Origin: Macrostomum lignano | Taxonomy: Eukaryota | Direction: 5' to 3' | Assembly (NCBI GenBank): GCA_002269645.1 | Contig: NIVC01000102.1 | Coordinates: 16,008 to 80,007, forward strand | Length of the DNA stretch: 64,000 nucleotides | In this document: positions 23,954 to 37,254 of the stretch, piece by piece | Position numbering within the stretch: the first letter of the stretch is position 1 | Layout: every line of letters starts with the position of its first letter | Notes under the pieces: model-generated | Seen by the model: only the letters and a program-made list of their open reading frames with translations | Database searches by the model: none | Told to the model about the DNA's origin: nothing | Translations under genes and position numbers: made by a program

Positions 23954-24584
23954 AGACCTCTGGCCCTGGAGAGCCGCTAGTCTTCTGTTGAACAACTTTT
24001 GTCTTGCCGTCAGATCCTTCAAATCAGTGTTTTTATACCCCTAAATATTAATTTCTTGCGCTTGAACTGTTAAATCGTAGTAGCTGAAATAAAAGTTGGC
24101 ATTTCGAATTAGTCGACTCAAATCTCTTTTTAAACTGCGTCGGTTGTATTTGGGACTTTATTATTTTCAGTTCCATGAAAAATGTATCTCTCACAAATTG
24201 ATTCAAAATGAAGCAATTAAGTCGTCGAAATTTGCAAAACTACGCTAAACAAGCTTTATAAAAGTTAAATATTATTCCATCGTAATTTTCAAAGATGTAG
24301 CTGACGTAAGGTATTGTATGTTTGTACGAGCTAAATTTAAATATAGAAACGTTTTGTATTTCTGCAACAGCTAACAAAACTGGGATCACGCGACAGAAAC
24401 TATGTATCGAAAGTATCAGTATCTATATCATTATCTGTTTCAGTATCAGGTGTAGGAACCGCAACAGTTCAGCCATTCTGCTGGGCAATTGATACTTGCG
24501 ATGCTGGGGTTCATGTCTGGAGCGACTTTAACGGCAAGCTCAATGTAGACATTCTGAAAGTGTCTGCAGTCGAAATGTTTCGAA

Positions 24585-25631
24585 AAGGCGCCAAGGCTAT
24601 ACTATAAGGGGCGCCAAGGCTATACTATAAGGGGCGCCAAGGCTATACTATAAGAGGCGCCAAGGCTATACTATAAGGGGCGCCAAGGCTATACTATAAG
24701 GGGCGCCAAGGCTATACTATAAGGGGCGCCAAGGCTATACTATAAGGGGCGCCAAGGCTATACTATAAGGGGCGCCAAGGCTATACTATAAGAGGCGCCA
24801 AGGCTATACTATAAGGGGCGCCAAGGCTATACTATAAGGGGCGCCAAGGCTACACTATAAGGGGCGCCAAGGCTACACTATAAGAGGCGCCAAGGCTACA
24901 CTATAAGGGGCGCCAAGGCTATACTATAAGGGGCGCCAAGGCTATACTATAAGGGGCGCCGCCAAGGCTGTACTATAAGGGGCGCCAAGGCTATACTATA
25001 AGGGGCGCCAAGGCTATACTATAAGGGGCGCCAAGGCTATACTATAAGGGGCGCCAGGCTATACTATAAGGGGCGCCAAGGCTATACTATAAGGGGCGCC
25101 AAGGCTACACTATAAGGGGCGCCAAGACTATACTATAAGGGGTGCCAAGATACTATAAGGGGCGCGAAGATACTATAAGGGGCGCCAAGGCTACACTATA
25201 AGGGGCGCCAAGGCTATACTATAAGGGGCGCCAAGGCTGTACTATAAGAGGCGCCAAGACACTATAAGGGGCGCCAAGGCTGTACTATAAGAGGCGCCAA
25301 GACACTATAAGGGGCGCCAAGGCTGTACTATAAGAGGCGCCAAGACACTATAAGGGGCGCCAAGGCTACACTATAAGAGGCGCCAAGACACTATAAGGGG
25401 AGCCAAGGCTATACTATAAGCGGCACCAGGGCTATACTATAGGCGGCGCCAAGGCTATACTATAAGCGGCACCAGGGCTATACTATAGGTGGCGCCAAGG
25501 CTATACTATAAGGGGCGCCAGGCTATACTATAAGGGGCGCCAGGCTATACTATAAGGGGCGCCAGGCTATACTATAAGGGGCGCCAAGGCTATACTATAA
25601 GGGGCGCCAGGCTATACTATAAGGGGTGCCA
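24585..25631. repeat. 23-bp tandem array, about 45 copies
   Basis: GGCTATACTATAAGGGGCGCCAA units. Confidence 0.97.
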
Positions 25632-26134
25632 TATTTTTTAAAACCAAGGACAGAGCGCCCCAGGCTGCGCCCTACGAGTCATCCTGATCGCCAACCAATT
25701 GATGGAAGTCCTTTGGCAGCCGAGTCACAAATGACATAGCATCATATAATGCATGAAGCTTGAACAATACAAACACCTGAATGATAAATAAAGTAAAATT
25801 ATAATAAGTGTTACAATAACTTTTGTTGACAAAGTTCAGCTAGCAGGTTAATACACTGAAACGTGATGAGCGGAGATAAAAATTCCCCCGCGTCTGTAAT
25901 TTTTTTAGCCCCACCCCTAAGTCTCAGCCATACACTGGAATAGTCAAGTCTCACTTGTGCTTTGACTTTGGTTGCATTTTGTAAAGTCAACTTCTATATA
26001 AGGCTGTCTGTGACGGCACCCAAAACTTCTGGCCACCCAATTAGAAAACTTCGTCGGAGTGGCTTAAGGGGGGGGGGTGAAAATCAAATCCATCTGACCG
26101 TCTCTGTGAGTAGTAGCCATTGATATTTTTGCTC

Positions 26135-26142
26135 TATAAATA
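26135..26142 (+). promoter_or_regulatory. TATA box candidate for EF-hand gene 2
   Basis: TATAAATA about 110 bp upstream of ATG 26246. Confidence 0.5.
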
Positions 26143-26245
26143 GTGGCACCCCTACTCAAGACTGCAAGCCACTCAAGTGCCAACAAGCCATTCTGATCAA
26201 CTTTTCAACTGTCTCGTAGTCAACCAAGTGTCTCGTCACTGCATC

Positions 26246-27654
26246 ATGTCCGACGACAAGTATATCGAAGTTTTCCAGAAGCTTGACGAAGACCGCGACG
26301 GATCCATCAGTCCGGACGAGATGGCCTCGGCTCTGCGAACAAGTTTTCCAGACATGGGCGACTCTGAGTTTGAGGTAAGAGTTTGAGTTAGTCTATTTTT
26401 TAATCCTTTTTTAGCGCCAGACTAGCTATCAACGCTCCCATAAGCCCTTGCGTCTCGGCAATACCTTACTCTCGCCGTGACATCTTAGCAACCCATCCGT
26501 AAGCCGTGACATCTTAGCAACCCATCCGTAAGCCGTGACATCTTAGTCAGCAACCCATCCGTAAGCCGTGACATCTTAGCAACCCATCCGTAAGCCGTGA
26601 CATCTTAGCAACCCCTCCGTAAGCCGTGACATCTTAGCAACCCCTCCGTAAGCCGTGACATCTTAGCAACCCATCCGTAAGCCGTGACATCTTAGCAACC
26701 CCTCCGTAAGCCGTGACATCTTAGCAACCCCTCCGTTAGCCGTGACATCTTAGCAACCCATCCGTAAGCCGTGACATCTTAGTTAGCAACCCATCCGTAA
26801 GCCGTGACATCTTAGCAACCCATCCGTAAGCCGTGACATCTTAGCAACCCCTCCGTAAGCCGTGACATCTTAGCAACCCCTCCGTAAGTCGTGACATCTT
26901 AGTTAGCAACCCATCCGTAAGCCGTGACATCTTAGCAACCCATCCGTAAGCCGTGACATCTTAGCAACCCATCCGTAAGCCGTGACATCTTAGCAACCCA
27001 TCCGTAAGCCGTGACATCTTAGCAACCCATCCGTAAGCCTTGACATCTTAGCAACCCCTCCGTAAGCCGTGACATCTTAGCAACCCCTCCGTAAGCCGTG
27101 ACATCTTAGCAGCCCCTCCATAAGCCGTGACATCTTAGCAACCCCTCCATAAGCCGTGACATCTTAGCAACCCCTCCGTAAGCCGTGACATCTTAGCAAC
27201 CCCTCCGTTAGCCGTGACATCTTAGCTACCCCTCCGTTAGCCGTGAAATCTCTGCAATTCCCCGCAAGCCTTATAACCCTGCAATTCACATTTGCTCCCG
27301 ACTCTCACTCTAAATTCGCAGAACATGCACAAGCTCGCCACCATGGGAGGAAGTCGCAGTCTGGGCCAGAACGATTTCGTCTCGTTCATGAAAATCATGG
27401 AGATCAACGCCACCACGGACAAGGACCTCCTGCCAACCAGAGCGGTCCAGCTGTTCTATCTGGTTCACGACGAGTCCGAGGCTGTTGGCTGCGAGGAGCT
27501 TGCCAAGCTCAACCCGGCAGAGCACAACCTGACACCCGAGGAGGTTAACATTCTGGCGGTCATTTCCAAGCGTCTGCAGGATCGCGGTCTAGAAATGATC
27601 GGCTTTGCCAAACTCTGGCGTGACGTTCAGGCTGAGCTGCAGAAGAAGGAGTGA
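26246..27654 (+). CDS. EF-hand gene 2: 153-aa calmodulin-like protein, only EF1 canonical
   Basis: Exons 26246-26374 (GTAAGA donor) and 27322-27654, phase 0; loop DEDRDGSISPDE; other loops degenerate. Confidence 0.85.
26475..27245. repeat. 29-bp tandem array filling the intron of EF-hand gene 2
   Basis: GCCGTGACATCTTAGCAACCCATCCGTAA units. Confidence 0.97.
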
Positions 27655-28355
27655 TAAATAATCTGTGTAGCTGGGACGGTGTGCGCGCGCCCTCTAAGAA
27701 AAAATAAGCTTTTTTATAATTCCAATTGTTGATTTCAATAGTCAAGTTAATTAAATAAATCGGCATTTTTTCGGTTCGATTAAAAGCTTTACTATTATAT
27801 CTGGCTTTCTTTTTCTTTGTTTTTCTCCTGAGAATGTACATGACTACATAGCTGAAGCCATTAACGCTCTAATAGGGCAGGTAATACATAAGAACTTTCT
27901 TATTTTTATTCTAGTCTAGTTGCAAGCGTTACAATACACAATACTTAAGTATACATCTCTAATAAACCCCTCTGGCTTGTCTCTACATTCTACTTTCTTC
28001 CGCAAGACTTTGAGCCTTTGTGAGTACACTCTCTATAGTTCTCTCTCTGATATTATATTCAACGTGCAGCTTAGCTAGGGTGAGAACTGGCCATATTGTA
28101 CCCGTCTTCTGCTGTCTCTTATTGAGCTCGATCTGGTCCAGAAACAACCGCGTACACACTTCGTAGGGTTATGAAAACTGAAACTAAACTATTTACTGAT
28201 ATTCTTTCTACCCCCGCCCCCTACCTAGCTAGACTTAATTTTCGTGTATACATCCGTGGACCAGGTGTGCTTTCTAGTGAGCTTGCGACTTCAAGTTTCC
28301 TCTGTCGTTTTCAGCGGTTGCAAAAGCAAAAAAAAACAAACAAAAGCCAATTGAC

Positions 28356-30917
28356 ATGGACGACAACAGGAAGTACAGAGATGTGTTTAAGCAGTTCGAC
28401 CTAAACGGTGACGGTCACATCACCATCAATGAGCTGACAGTGGCTGTGCAAACTGCGGGAGTGAATATCAGCAAGGAGAGCCTACAGGTGAACAACTCTT
28501 GAATTTAAGCACTGGTATGGGCGACTGTGCAAGGAGACTTCAGTGACTTCTTTTAGGCAAAATCACCCCGACTGAATAGCACTTGATCACAGAATGACAG
28601 AATCACAGAATCACAGAGCTAGAGTCACAGAATCACAGAGCTAGAGTCACAGAATCACAGAGCTAGAGTCACAGAATCACAGAGCTAGAGTCACAGAATC
28701 ACAGAGCTAGAGTCACAGAATCACAGAGCTAGAGTCACAGAATCACAGAGCTAGAGTCACAGAATCACAGAGCTAGAGTCAGAGAATCACAGAGCTAGAG
28801 TCAGAGAATCACAGAGCTAGAGTCAGAGAATCACAGAGCTAGAGTCAGAGAATCACAGAGCTAGAGTCACAGAATCACAGAGCTAGAGTCACAGAATCAC
28901 AGAGCCAGAGTCACAGAATCACAGAATCACAGAATCACAGAGCCAGAATCACAGAAACACAGAAACACAGAGCCAGAGTCACAGAATCACAGAAACACAG
29001 AGCCAGAGTCACAGAGTTACAGAATCACAGAGCCAGAATCACAGAGCCAGAGTCACAGAATCACAGAATCACAGAGCTAGAGTCACAGAATCACAGAGCT
29101 AGAGTCACAGAATCACAGAATCACAGAGCCAGAGTCACAGAATCACAGAATCACAGAGCCAGAGTCACAGAATCACATAGCCAGAGTCACAGAATCACAG
29201 AAACACAGAGCTAGAGTCACAGAATCACAGAATCACAGAATCACGAATTCACAAGTTTTGCTAAAATCGATCACATACCGACATAGACACAGACAAACCA
29301 TTTTTAGCATATGGAAAAATCACAAAATCACAGAATCTTAGAACCATATAAGAATCACAGAATCAAATAAGAATCACAGAATCATAGAATCACGAGTTAG
29401 TCAAAGAGTCACAGAGCCAGAGTAACAGAATCACAGAATCACAGAGCCAGAGTCACAGAATCACAGAAACACAGAATCACAGAGCCAGAGTCACAGAATC
29501 ACAGAATCACAGCATCACAGAGCCAGAGTCACAGAGTCACAGAGCCAGAGTCACAGAATCACAGAATCACAGAATCACAGATCCAGAGTAACAGAATCAC
29601 AGAAACACAGAGCCAGAGTCACAGAATCACAGAATCACAGAAACACAGAGCCAGAGTCACAGAATCACAGAATCACAGAGCCAGAGTCACAGAATCACAG
29701 AATCACAGAATCACAGAGCCAGAATCACAGAAACACAGAAACACAGAGCCAGAGTCACATAATCATAGAATCACGAATTCACAAGTTTTGCTAAAATCGA
29801 TCACATACCGACGTAGACACAGACAAACCATTTTTAGCATATGGAAAAATCACAAAATCACAGAATCTTAGAACCATATAAGAATCACAGAATCAAATAA
29901 GAATCACAGAATCATAGAATCACGAGTTAGTCAAAGAGTCACATTATCACATGATCACAGAATCACGAGTTAGTCACAGAATCACAGAGCCAGAGTAACA
30001 GAATCACAGAAACACAGAGCCAGAGTCACAGAATCACAGAATCACAGAATCACAGAGCCAGAGTCACAGAATCACAGAATCACAGCATCACAGAGCCAGA
30101 GTCACAGAGTCACAGAGCTAGAGTCACAGAATCACAGAATCACAGAATCACGAGTTAGTCAAAGAGTCACAGAGCCAGAGTAACAGAATCACAGAATCAC
30201 AGAATCACAGAATCACAGAGCCAGAGTCACAGAATCACAGAATCACAGCATCACAGAGCCAGAGTCACAGAGTCACAGAGCTAGAGTCACAGAATCACAG
30301 AATCACAGAATCACGAGTTAGTCAAAGAGTCACATTATCACATGATCACAGAATCACGAGTTAGTCACAGAATCACAGAGCCAGAGTAACAGAATCACAG
30401 AATCACAGAGCCAGAGTCACAGAATCACAGAAACACGAATTCACAATTTTTGCTAAAATCGATCACATACCGACTTAGACACAGACAAACCATTTTTAGC
30501 ATATGGAAAAATCAGAGTCAGAGCCAGAGTCACAGAATCACAGAAACACAGAACCTGAAAACATTGAACATCCATCCTCATCGTAATTGTCTTCAGTCGA
30601 TTCTCAAAAGCGCAGACATTGACTGCAGCGGCGGCTTGGACTATGAAGAATTCGTTGCATTCCTGAAACTGGCCTCAAAGACAGCAGCCCAGGACAGCGT
30701 TGAGACATCACCGCGACTTCAGCAGCTCTTCGATGTCGCATCTGATGGATTCGATCTGGTGGGCCCTGACGAACTCAAAGCTCTTTCACCTGACGATCAC
30801 GGACTGACCAGTCAGGAGTCCAAAGTCCTGACTGCTGTGATTGAGCTGCTCCAGGGTCGCAGCGTGGATCTCGCAGAGTTCGCTGACCTGTGGCGCAAAG
30901 CCGAGGCAGCCAGTTAG
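28356..30917 (+). CDS. EF-hand gene 3: 150-aa calmodulin-like protein, EF1 and EF2 canonical
   Basis: Exons 28356-28487 and 30597-30917, phase 0; loops DLNGDGHITINE and DIDCSGGLDYEE; degenerate C-lobe homologous to gene 2. Confidence 0.87.
28590..30550. repeat. CACAGAAT/CACAGAGCTAGAGT array with recurring longer blocks, in the intron of EF-hand gene 3
   Basis: 8-bp and 14-bp units; a block starting CACGAATTCACAA(G/T)TTTTGCTAAAATCGATC recurs near 29242, 29772 and 30436. Confidence 0.95.
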
Positions 30918-32185
30918 TGACTACAGGCGCCAAAATGATTCATCTGAACCACCTGGATAAATCTGATTTAATCAATAATTTTAGCAGCTGAAAACTTCAT
31001 GATAGATTCATAATCTTTGGTTCGTTTCTATAAATTTAAAAATTTTTAAAAAGTGCATTCGTGTTCAGCAAAAAATTATAATTTTTTAAGCCAAGCAAGA
31101 ACTTTTCCACTATTTCATTCATTATTTTGCTTTGTTTTTCATTAAATTTTAACGTTTTTACCATGTTCAGCAGCATGAAAACGATACTTATTCAATTTGT
31201 TTAAATTCGTGCTTCAGTATACTCTCGGCCTACTCGGAAATGTCGATTTTTTGTTTAACTGGCTAGCAAATGGTATTTAAATTTTCTATAGTGAAACTAT
31301 AAACTATAAATATAAAAAGACGGCATCAAGATTTTGAGTTTTTGAGTCGACAGTCCTATACTTAAGCCCTTAATCAACTTACAGTGGACCCCACATATAG
31401 CCATGTACGTCGGGTGAACATCACAGAGAAAAAAGGCAAGCAAAGGAACGAAGGTAAATTAAGCTTCGAGGTCGAGTGGGGGTTAGGTCTTTTGAGAGTC
31501 TAACTTTTTTTAATGCGTTGCTTTGCCAAAAACCAAAAAAATAATAGAACCTGCGGAGATGTGCAATGGTTTTTAGCCTGAAATGAATCTAATAAATATA
31601 CACTGCCGTACAGGCAGAGATGTTTGTAGAGACAGTTGAAAAATGACAATAGAAACTCTCTCTTAGCTGAGACACTCTTGAGCAGACACTGCCCAGTTAC
31701 AGTAAGAACTATAGGCGACAGAGAAATATGAACCTATACGAAGGAATTTGATCGATGATAGGGGAGAGATGGTATAAAGACATTAGAGATATCGGCAGTT
31801 GAAGAGGCTCACTTAGAAAAAAATGTGAATAAGGCGTTAAACAGCGCATAAAAAATTTCATTCGTTGGGTAAGAGAGCCATTGCAGTTTAGCAGTATTAA
31901 CAATTTCACCCACCCATCTTTTTGTGCGTTTACAAAGATGAAAGCAAACTTTTCTTTTGCTGGCTGTACTCAGAGAAACTTATAAAAAACAGCCGTACCC
32001 TCTAGCTGTGGCACACAATGAAAAGCACACGGGGGTGGCTGTTGGACTGAGTGCCGTGCTCAAATATGCGCGCCCAAATTGATATTCAGAGCATATTTAA
32101 ATAGTTTCGAAAATTTGATGCAGACAGAGTAGAGTAAATATTTAGCTGGGCAAGCAGAGACAATTAAAGCCTGATAAAAAGGCAC

Positions 32186-34029
32186 ATGGCAAAAATGTTC
32201 AAGCCGTCTACTTCTCACGACAGCATGTCGTCGCTGGATGCGGCTCTGCTCGCGCAATACCGCGAGGCCTTCGACTCGTTCGACTCGAATCGGGACGGCC
32301 GGATCAGCATCAGGGAGCTGTCAGCGGTGATGGAGAATCTGGGCGAGTCACCGAGCAAAAAAGAGCTCAAGGTAGGTGAGGTGTTTCACTTGAGTAAGGC
32401 GCCATTTTTATGTGAGGATTGGCGCCATTTCAATTCAGGAGGCGCCATTTCATTTTATAGGGGCGCCATTTCATTTGATTGTGGGCGCCATTTCATTTGA
32501 TTGTGGGCGCCATTTCATTTGATTGGGGTGCCATTTCATTTTATTTGGGCGCCATTTCATTTTATTTGGGCGCCATTTCATTTTATAGGGGCGCCATTTC
32601 ATTTGATTGGGGTGCCATTTCATTTTATTTGGGCGCCATTTCATTTGATTGTGGGCGCCATTTCATTTGATTGTGGGCGCCATTTCATTTGATTGGGGTG
32701 CCATTTCATTTTATTTGGGCGCCATTTCATTTTATAGGGGCGCCATTTCATTTGATTGGGGTGCCATTTCATTTTATTTGGGCGCCATTTCATTTTATTT
32801 GGGCGCCATTTCATTTGATTGTGGGCGCCATTTCATTTGATTGTGGGCGCCATTTCGTTTGATTGTGGCACCATTTCATTAGATTGGGGCGCCATTTCAT
32901 TAAATAGGGGCGCTACTTCATTTAAGAGGTTGCCATTTTATTTGAGGGGCGCCACTTTACTTGCGGTGGCGCCATTTCGTTTGATTGTGGCACCATTTCA
33001 TTAGATTGGGGCGCCATTTCATTAAATAGGGGCGCTACTTCATTTAAGAGGTTGCCATTTTATTTGAGGGGCGCCACTTTACTTGCGGTGGCGCCATTTC
33101 ATTTGAAGGGCGCCGTTTCACTTTGAGGGGCGCCATTTTATTTGAAGTGATGTCATTTTAATTGAAGTGGTGCCATTTTAATTGAGGTGGCGCCATTTTA
33201 ATTGAGGTGGCGCCATTTTAATTGAGGTGGCGCCATTTTATTTGAGGTGGCGCCATTTTAATTGAGGTGGCGCCATTTTATTTGAGGTGGCGCCATTTTA
33301 TTTGAGGTGGCGCCATTTTAATTGAGGTGGTGCCATTTTAATTGAAGTGGTGCCATTTTATTTGAGGTGGTGCCGTTTTATTTGAGGTGGCGCCATTTTA
33401 TTTGAGGTGGTGCCATTTTAATTGAGGTGGCGCCATTTTAATTGAGGTGGCGCCATTTTATTTGAGGTGGTGCCATTTTAATTGAGGTGGCGCCATTTTA
33501 TTTGAGGGGTGCCATTTTAATTGAGGTGGCGCCATTTTAATTGAGGTGGTGCCATTTTAATTGAGGTGGCGCCATTTTAATTGAGGTGGCGCCATTTTAT
33601 TTGAGGGGCCTTAATAAATGAAGCCTTGCCTCCACTGTCGTCCCACGCCCCTCGGCGTATGTTTTATTAACTCAGTAAACCAGGGTAACAAAATAATAAA
33701 TTTTGAAATATTTTCATTTCCAGGAAATGATCAAATCGGTCGACGGCGACGGCAGCGGCAAGATCGACTTCGACGAATTCATTCGCATGATGGAGGCCCG
33801 CACCGCCCAACGGATGAGTGACGCCGAGATGGCGGCAATATTTCGCGTCATGGACAAAAACAAAGACGGCATCATCACGCTGGACGAGCTTCGGATCGCC
33901 ATGGACAACCTGGGCGAGGACATCACCGAGTCTGAGCTGCGCAAGATGCTGCGCCTGGCTGACAGCAACCGCGACGGCTGCATCGACTTTGCCGAGTTCA
34001 AAAAGTTGATGCAGTCGCTCGGAATGTGA
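32186..34029 (+). CDS. EF-hand gene 4: 163-aa calmodulin-like protein with four canonical EF hands
   Basis: Exons 32186-32371 and 33724-34029, phase 0; loops DSNRDGRISIRE, DGDGSGKIDFDE, DKNKDGIITLDE and DSNRDGCIDFAE. Too divergent to be true calmodulin. Confidence 0.92.
32397..33610. repeat. ~21-bp GGCGCCATTT array in the intron of EF-hand gene 4
   Basis: GGGCGCCATTTCATTT(G/T)ATT grading into GAGGTGGCGCCATTTTAATT. Confidence 0.95.
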
Positions 34030-37000
34030 ACTCCGCGGCCTGCTGCAGATCTCATGTAACCGTATTTTATTAAACCGTAAATTTATTACGAATACAAATA
34101 CAGCTTCGGAAATGTATTAGACTTAACGACATATTGTCTTAAATCTATAGTTTGCTCTAGAATATTCCAAGGGACAATTATGTTTTGCGTTGCGATGCCT
34201 GCATATGCCCAACAAATTTAATCAGAACTATAAGCCTTACACCGGCGGCTATTTGCACTGCAGCTCAAGGTTTGTGCATGCACGCACGCACGTCTTTCCT
34301 CAGCTCTTCTCCCGATTTCCTTACGAGCTATATATTTACATGCATCGATCATCACATATACGGTATATATATCCTCTCCATCTTCTCGATCCCTTCTGAT
34401 CTCCACTCTCTCAAGATCTCTTCTCATCCCATGTCTCATCACATCGATCTTGTGTTATCTCATATAGTTGTCGCTTCTAAAACGCTCGCAGCAAAAGCCT
34501 CCAAGTATTTCTTTGTGTCTGCGCGTTTTTCTTGTTGAATCCGGATCCCTTTCCCTTTAATCCCCGATTCCCATTTATTTAACTCCCCAACCTATTTTTT
34601 ATTCCTCAATCCGATTTTCATAATCCTCAAGCCAATTTCCTTAGTTCCCCATCTTTTTAAAAAATCCCCTATTAAAAAATAGGGGATTATTCCTATCCCC
34701 TGTCCCTCCGGTGGTGACGCCCCTGCTAATTGAATCTATACACTGTAAACATGCCAGCCGCAGTTATATGAATTTTTATTAATTTAATGCACCTCTGATT
34801 CGTACATTTGCCACTAGTTTTGACCTAAAGCGGCTAAAGCCTCTAGCCCTTCATGCCTAGCTGCCATAAGCTCAAATTTCTCAAATTTTTTATTTTTTTA
34901 GTGTATTAAAACAAAGTTCGGCATATCTACTCCCACTTTGTTATGTAACCTGCTAAAATTATAGCAATGAGCTGCTTGGTTTAATATTTTATACGTATTT
35001 TTAGAGTTAAGAAAATTAAGTAACATTTTATCATCAAAAGAGACCAATTTCAAGCTGCAACTTTTTAAGAAATTTGCAGGTCCGCCACGATGACAGGTGC
35101 GTTCGGCGTTGCCGCGTTGCGGTCCAAGACCAAGTGACAGTTTACACTGACTGACTGTTGAAGCTCTAGGCTTTAGATATAAGGCTCTAGGCCTAGTATT
35201 TAGATCTGTAACTCACCATGCATAGCCCTAGTCCCTGTTTAGATACTAATAGTAAATTACAAGCATACAAACCTTAGAGATTTAGTATATTTAGATAATA
35301 GATAGACCCCACCCTAATCCCCATATATCAACATCTGGATGTGCGTGTTCCTATTTTGTTGCCTTAATAATTTTAGACCATTGAAACTTTAGTCATTCTT
35401 TGGTAATTTTATTCCATATGATAGATCTCACTTGCCTAAGCAAAATACACTTGTGATTTGTATTGTGAATTTACAAGTGCAAACTGTTGAACATTACTAG
35501 GCCTACTTGTTGAATACTCATCAAAACAATAATAAATGAGTACTAAGTACCAAGTATGAAAAAAACTTCAGACAAGTATCCTAAGTACCAAGTACTTGCC
35601 TAGGCCTGGTTAGGATCTTACCTTAAGAACAAGTTGGCACAGTGGCAGCGCAGTATCTATAAGACTATAATTATTATGGAGGATAGTATAGTATAGATTG
35701 TCACCCCTCCCCTAGCAAATTTTTTATAGAATTATAGCAGTGCCAGTGCATTACACTAAAATCTCATAAAATGCATATTATAAGGGCTATCCTATAAAAT
35801 CATTTGTTAAATTACTTTTTCGCTTGAATTAAATTCCTTTCAGTTTTATAAAAGTCAAAATCTAAAACAGGTTAATGAATTAACCATTTAACATAATGTA
35901 TTGCAGCAAAAATTTGGCAGCAAAAGCACCAAAATTGTTTGTTTTACTTATAGTCTATTGCTATATCATGACATAACTATGTTATGAGGGTACTATAGTA
36001 CTTTGATGTTGAGTAATATCTAATATGCCTACCCAGTGCGCAAGCCACCAATGGCCTACCGTCGGCCAGCCACTAGTGGGCCATCGGAGGTTTTGTCTCG
36101 GGGAGCCGAGGGTGGCCCAACGGTGGCCAGCCACCATTCAGCCACTGCAGTGCCACCGTTCAGCCACTGCAGTGCCACCGTTCAGCCACTGCAGTGCCAC
36201 TGTTAAGCCACTGCAGTGCCACTGTTAAGCCACCACTTTAATGTGAATTTAGTAATCTGCTGTGCCATTGTGCATACACATTTCTAACATGACATGACAA
36301 TAGTATAATTTATAATTTAGATTATAATTCATCTCTAGTTTCTATCGTCACATGCAATCATGTATTAATTATAAGGCAATTAAGGCGAAGTATTTTAATA
36401 TATAATATACGAGTACTGCAAGCTGTAAATAAGAAACACAGTCAGAAGTAAGCTTGATTTTCTGCACAATAGACACTATGATATTTTTTTAATTGGCCAA
36501 TGATCTCACAGGTATCATTAAATTTATTATTCTTGTTACATTTCAAAAATAGCACAGTAAGATAGATACCCATAGTTACAAATGAGTTAAATAATAATAA
36601 ACGAATAGAATCATTAGACGATCCACATGCAATCATATAAAATTACTAGTTAACCCTGTAACGATATTAGTGCGTAATTGGGAAAGCTGTTAGGAAGAAA
36701 ATAAGATACCAAGGCTATATAGGGTAAATGCAAAATCATACTAAAATGCCCTATTTATGATGCATGTCAGCTTATATAGCGATAAAATATATAATTAAGA
36801 TATATAGCAATTCCTATCTTAACTAGGCTTGTCATTTAATGTCTAAAGTAGTTGCGAGTAGTCTAATACCAGTAGAAACCAGAAAGAAATATTTTCATTG
36901 GGTTCCTATTTTGATCTAGCATTAAGCTATTCATATGTTATTCCAGCTTTCCGTTATAAGATTATATGCATAACAAGCACAACTAAAAAACGGATTTTTC

Positions 37001-37254
37001 ATTTTAAGCACAAAGTAACTTTTTGGGTATATGCAGCAATTGAATCTACTTGACTACTGAAAAATTATTGTTACAATTAATAGGTTATTACTAGTAATGA
37101 AAAAACTACTGCTTCAGTAGATTTAGAGAAAAACGGATGCTAATAGTTCATATTAATCGCTTTCTGATGATACAACGTATGCGTTTGTTCTGGGCTGTTT
37201 CGGATTTTTACGATTTTTTCGAGACTCGGACTCGGTCTCAGACTGGTGCTGGCG

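Noticed and set aside
24585-30550. Regularly spaced repeats as possible CRISPR arrays
   Set aside because: Units are contiguous with no unique spacers, there are no cas genes, and the context is eukaryotic and largely intronic.
32060-34055. Calling EF-hand gene 4 true calmodulin; antisense ORFs over EF-hand, lectin and DIP2 exons
   Set aside because: Gene 4 differs widely from the near-invariant calmodulin sequence, and the antisense ORFs are shadows of GC-rich coding exons.
34706-34750. GTGACGCCCCTG (hAT-like right end) and TACACTGTAAA (CACTA-like left end)
   Set aside because: I found no matching partner ends or TSDs in the window.
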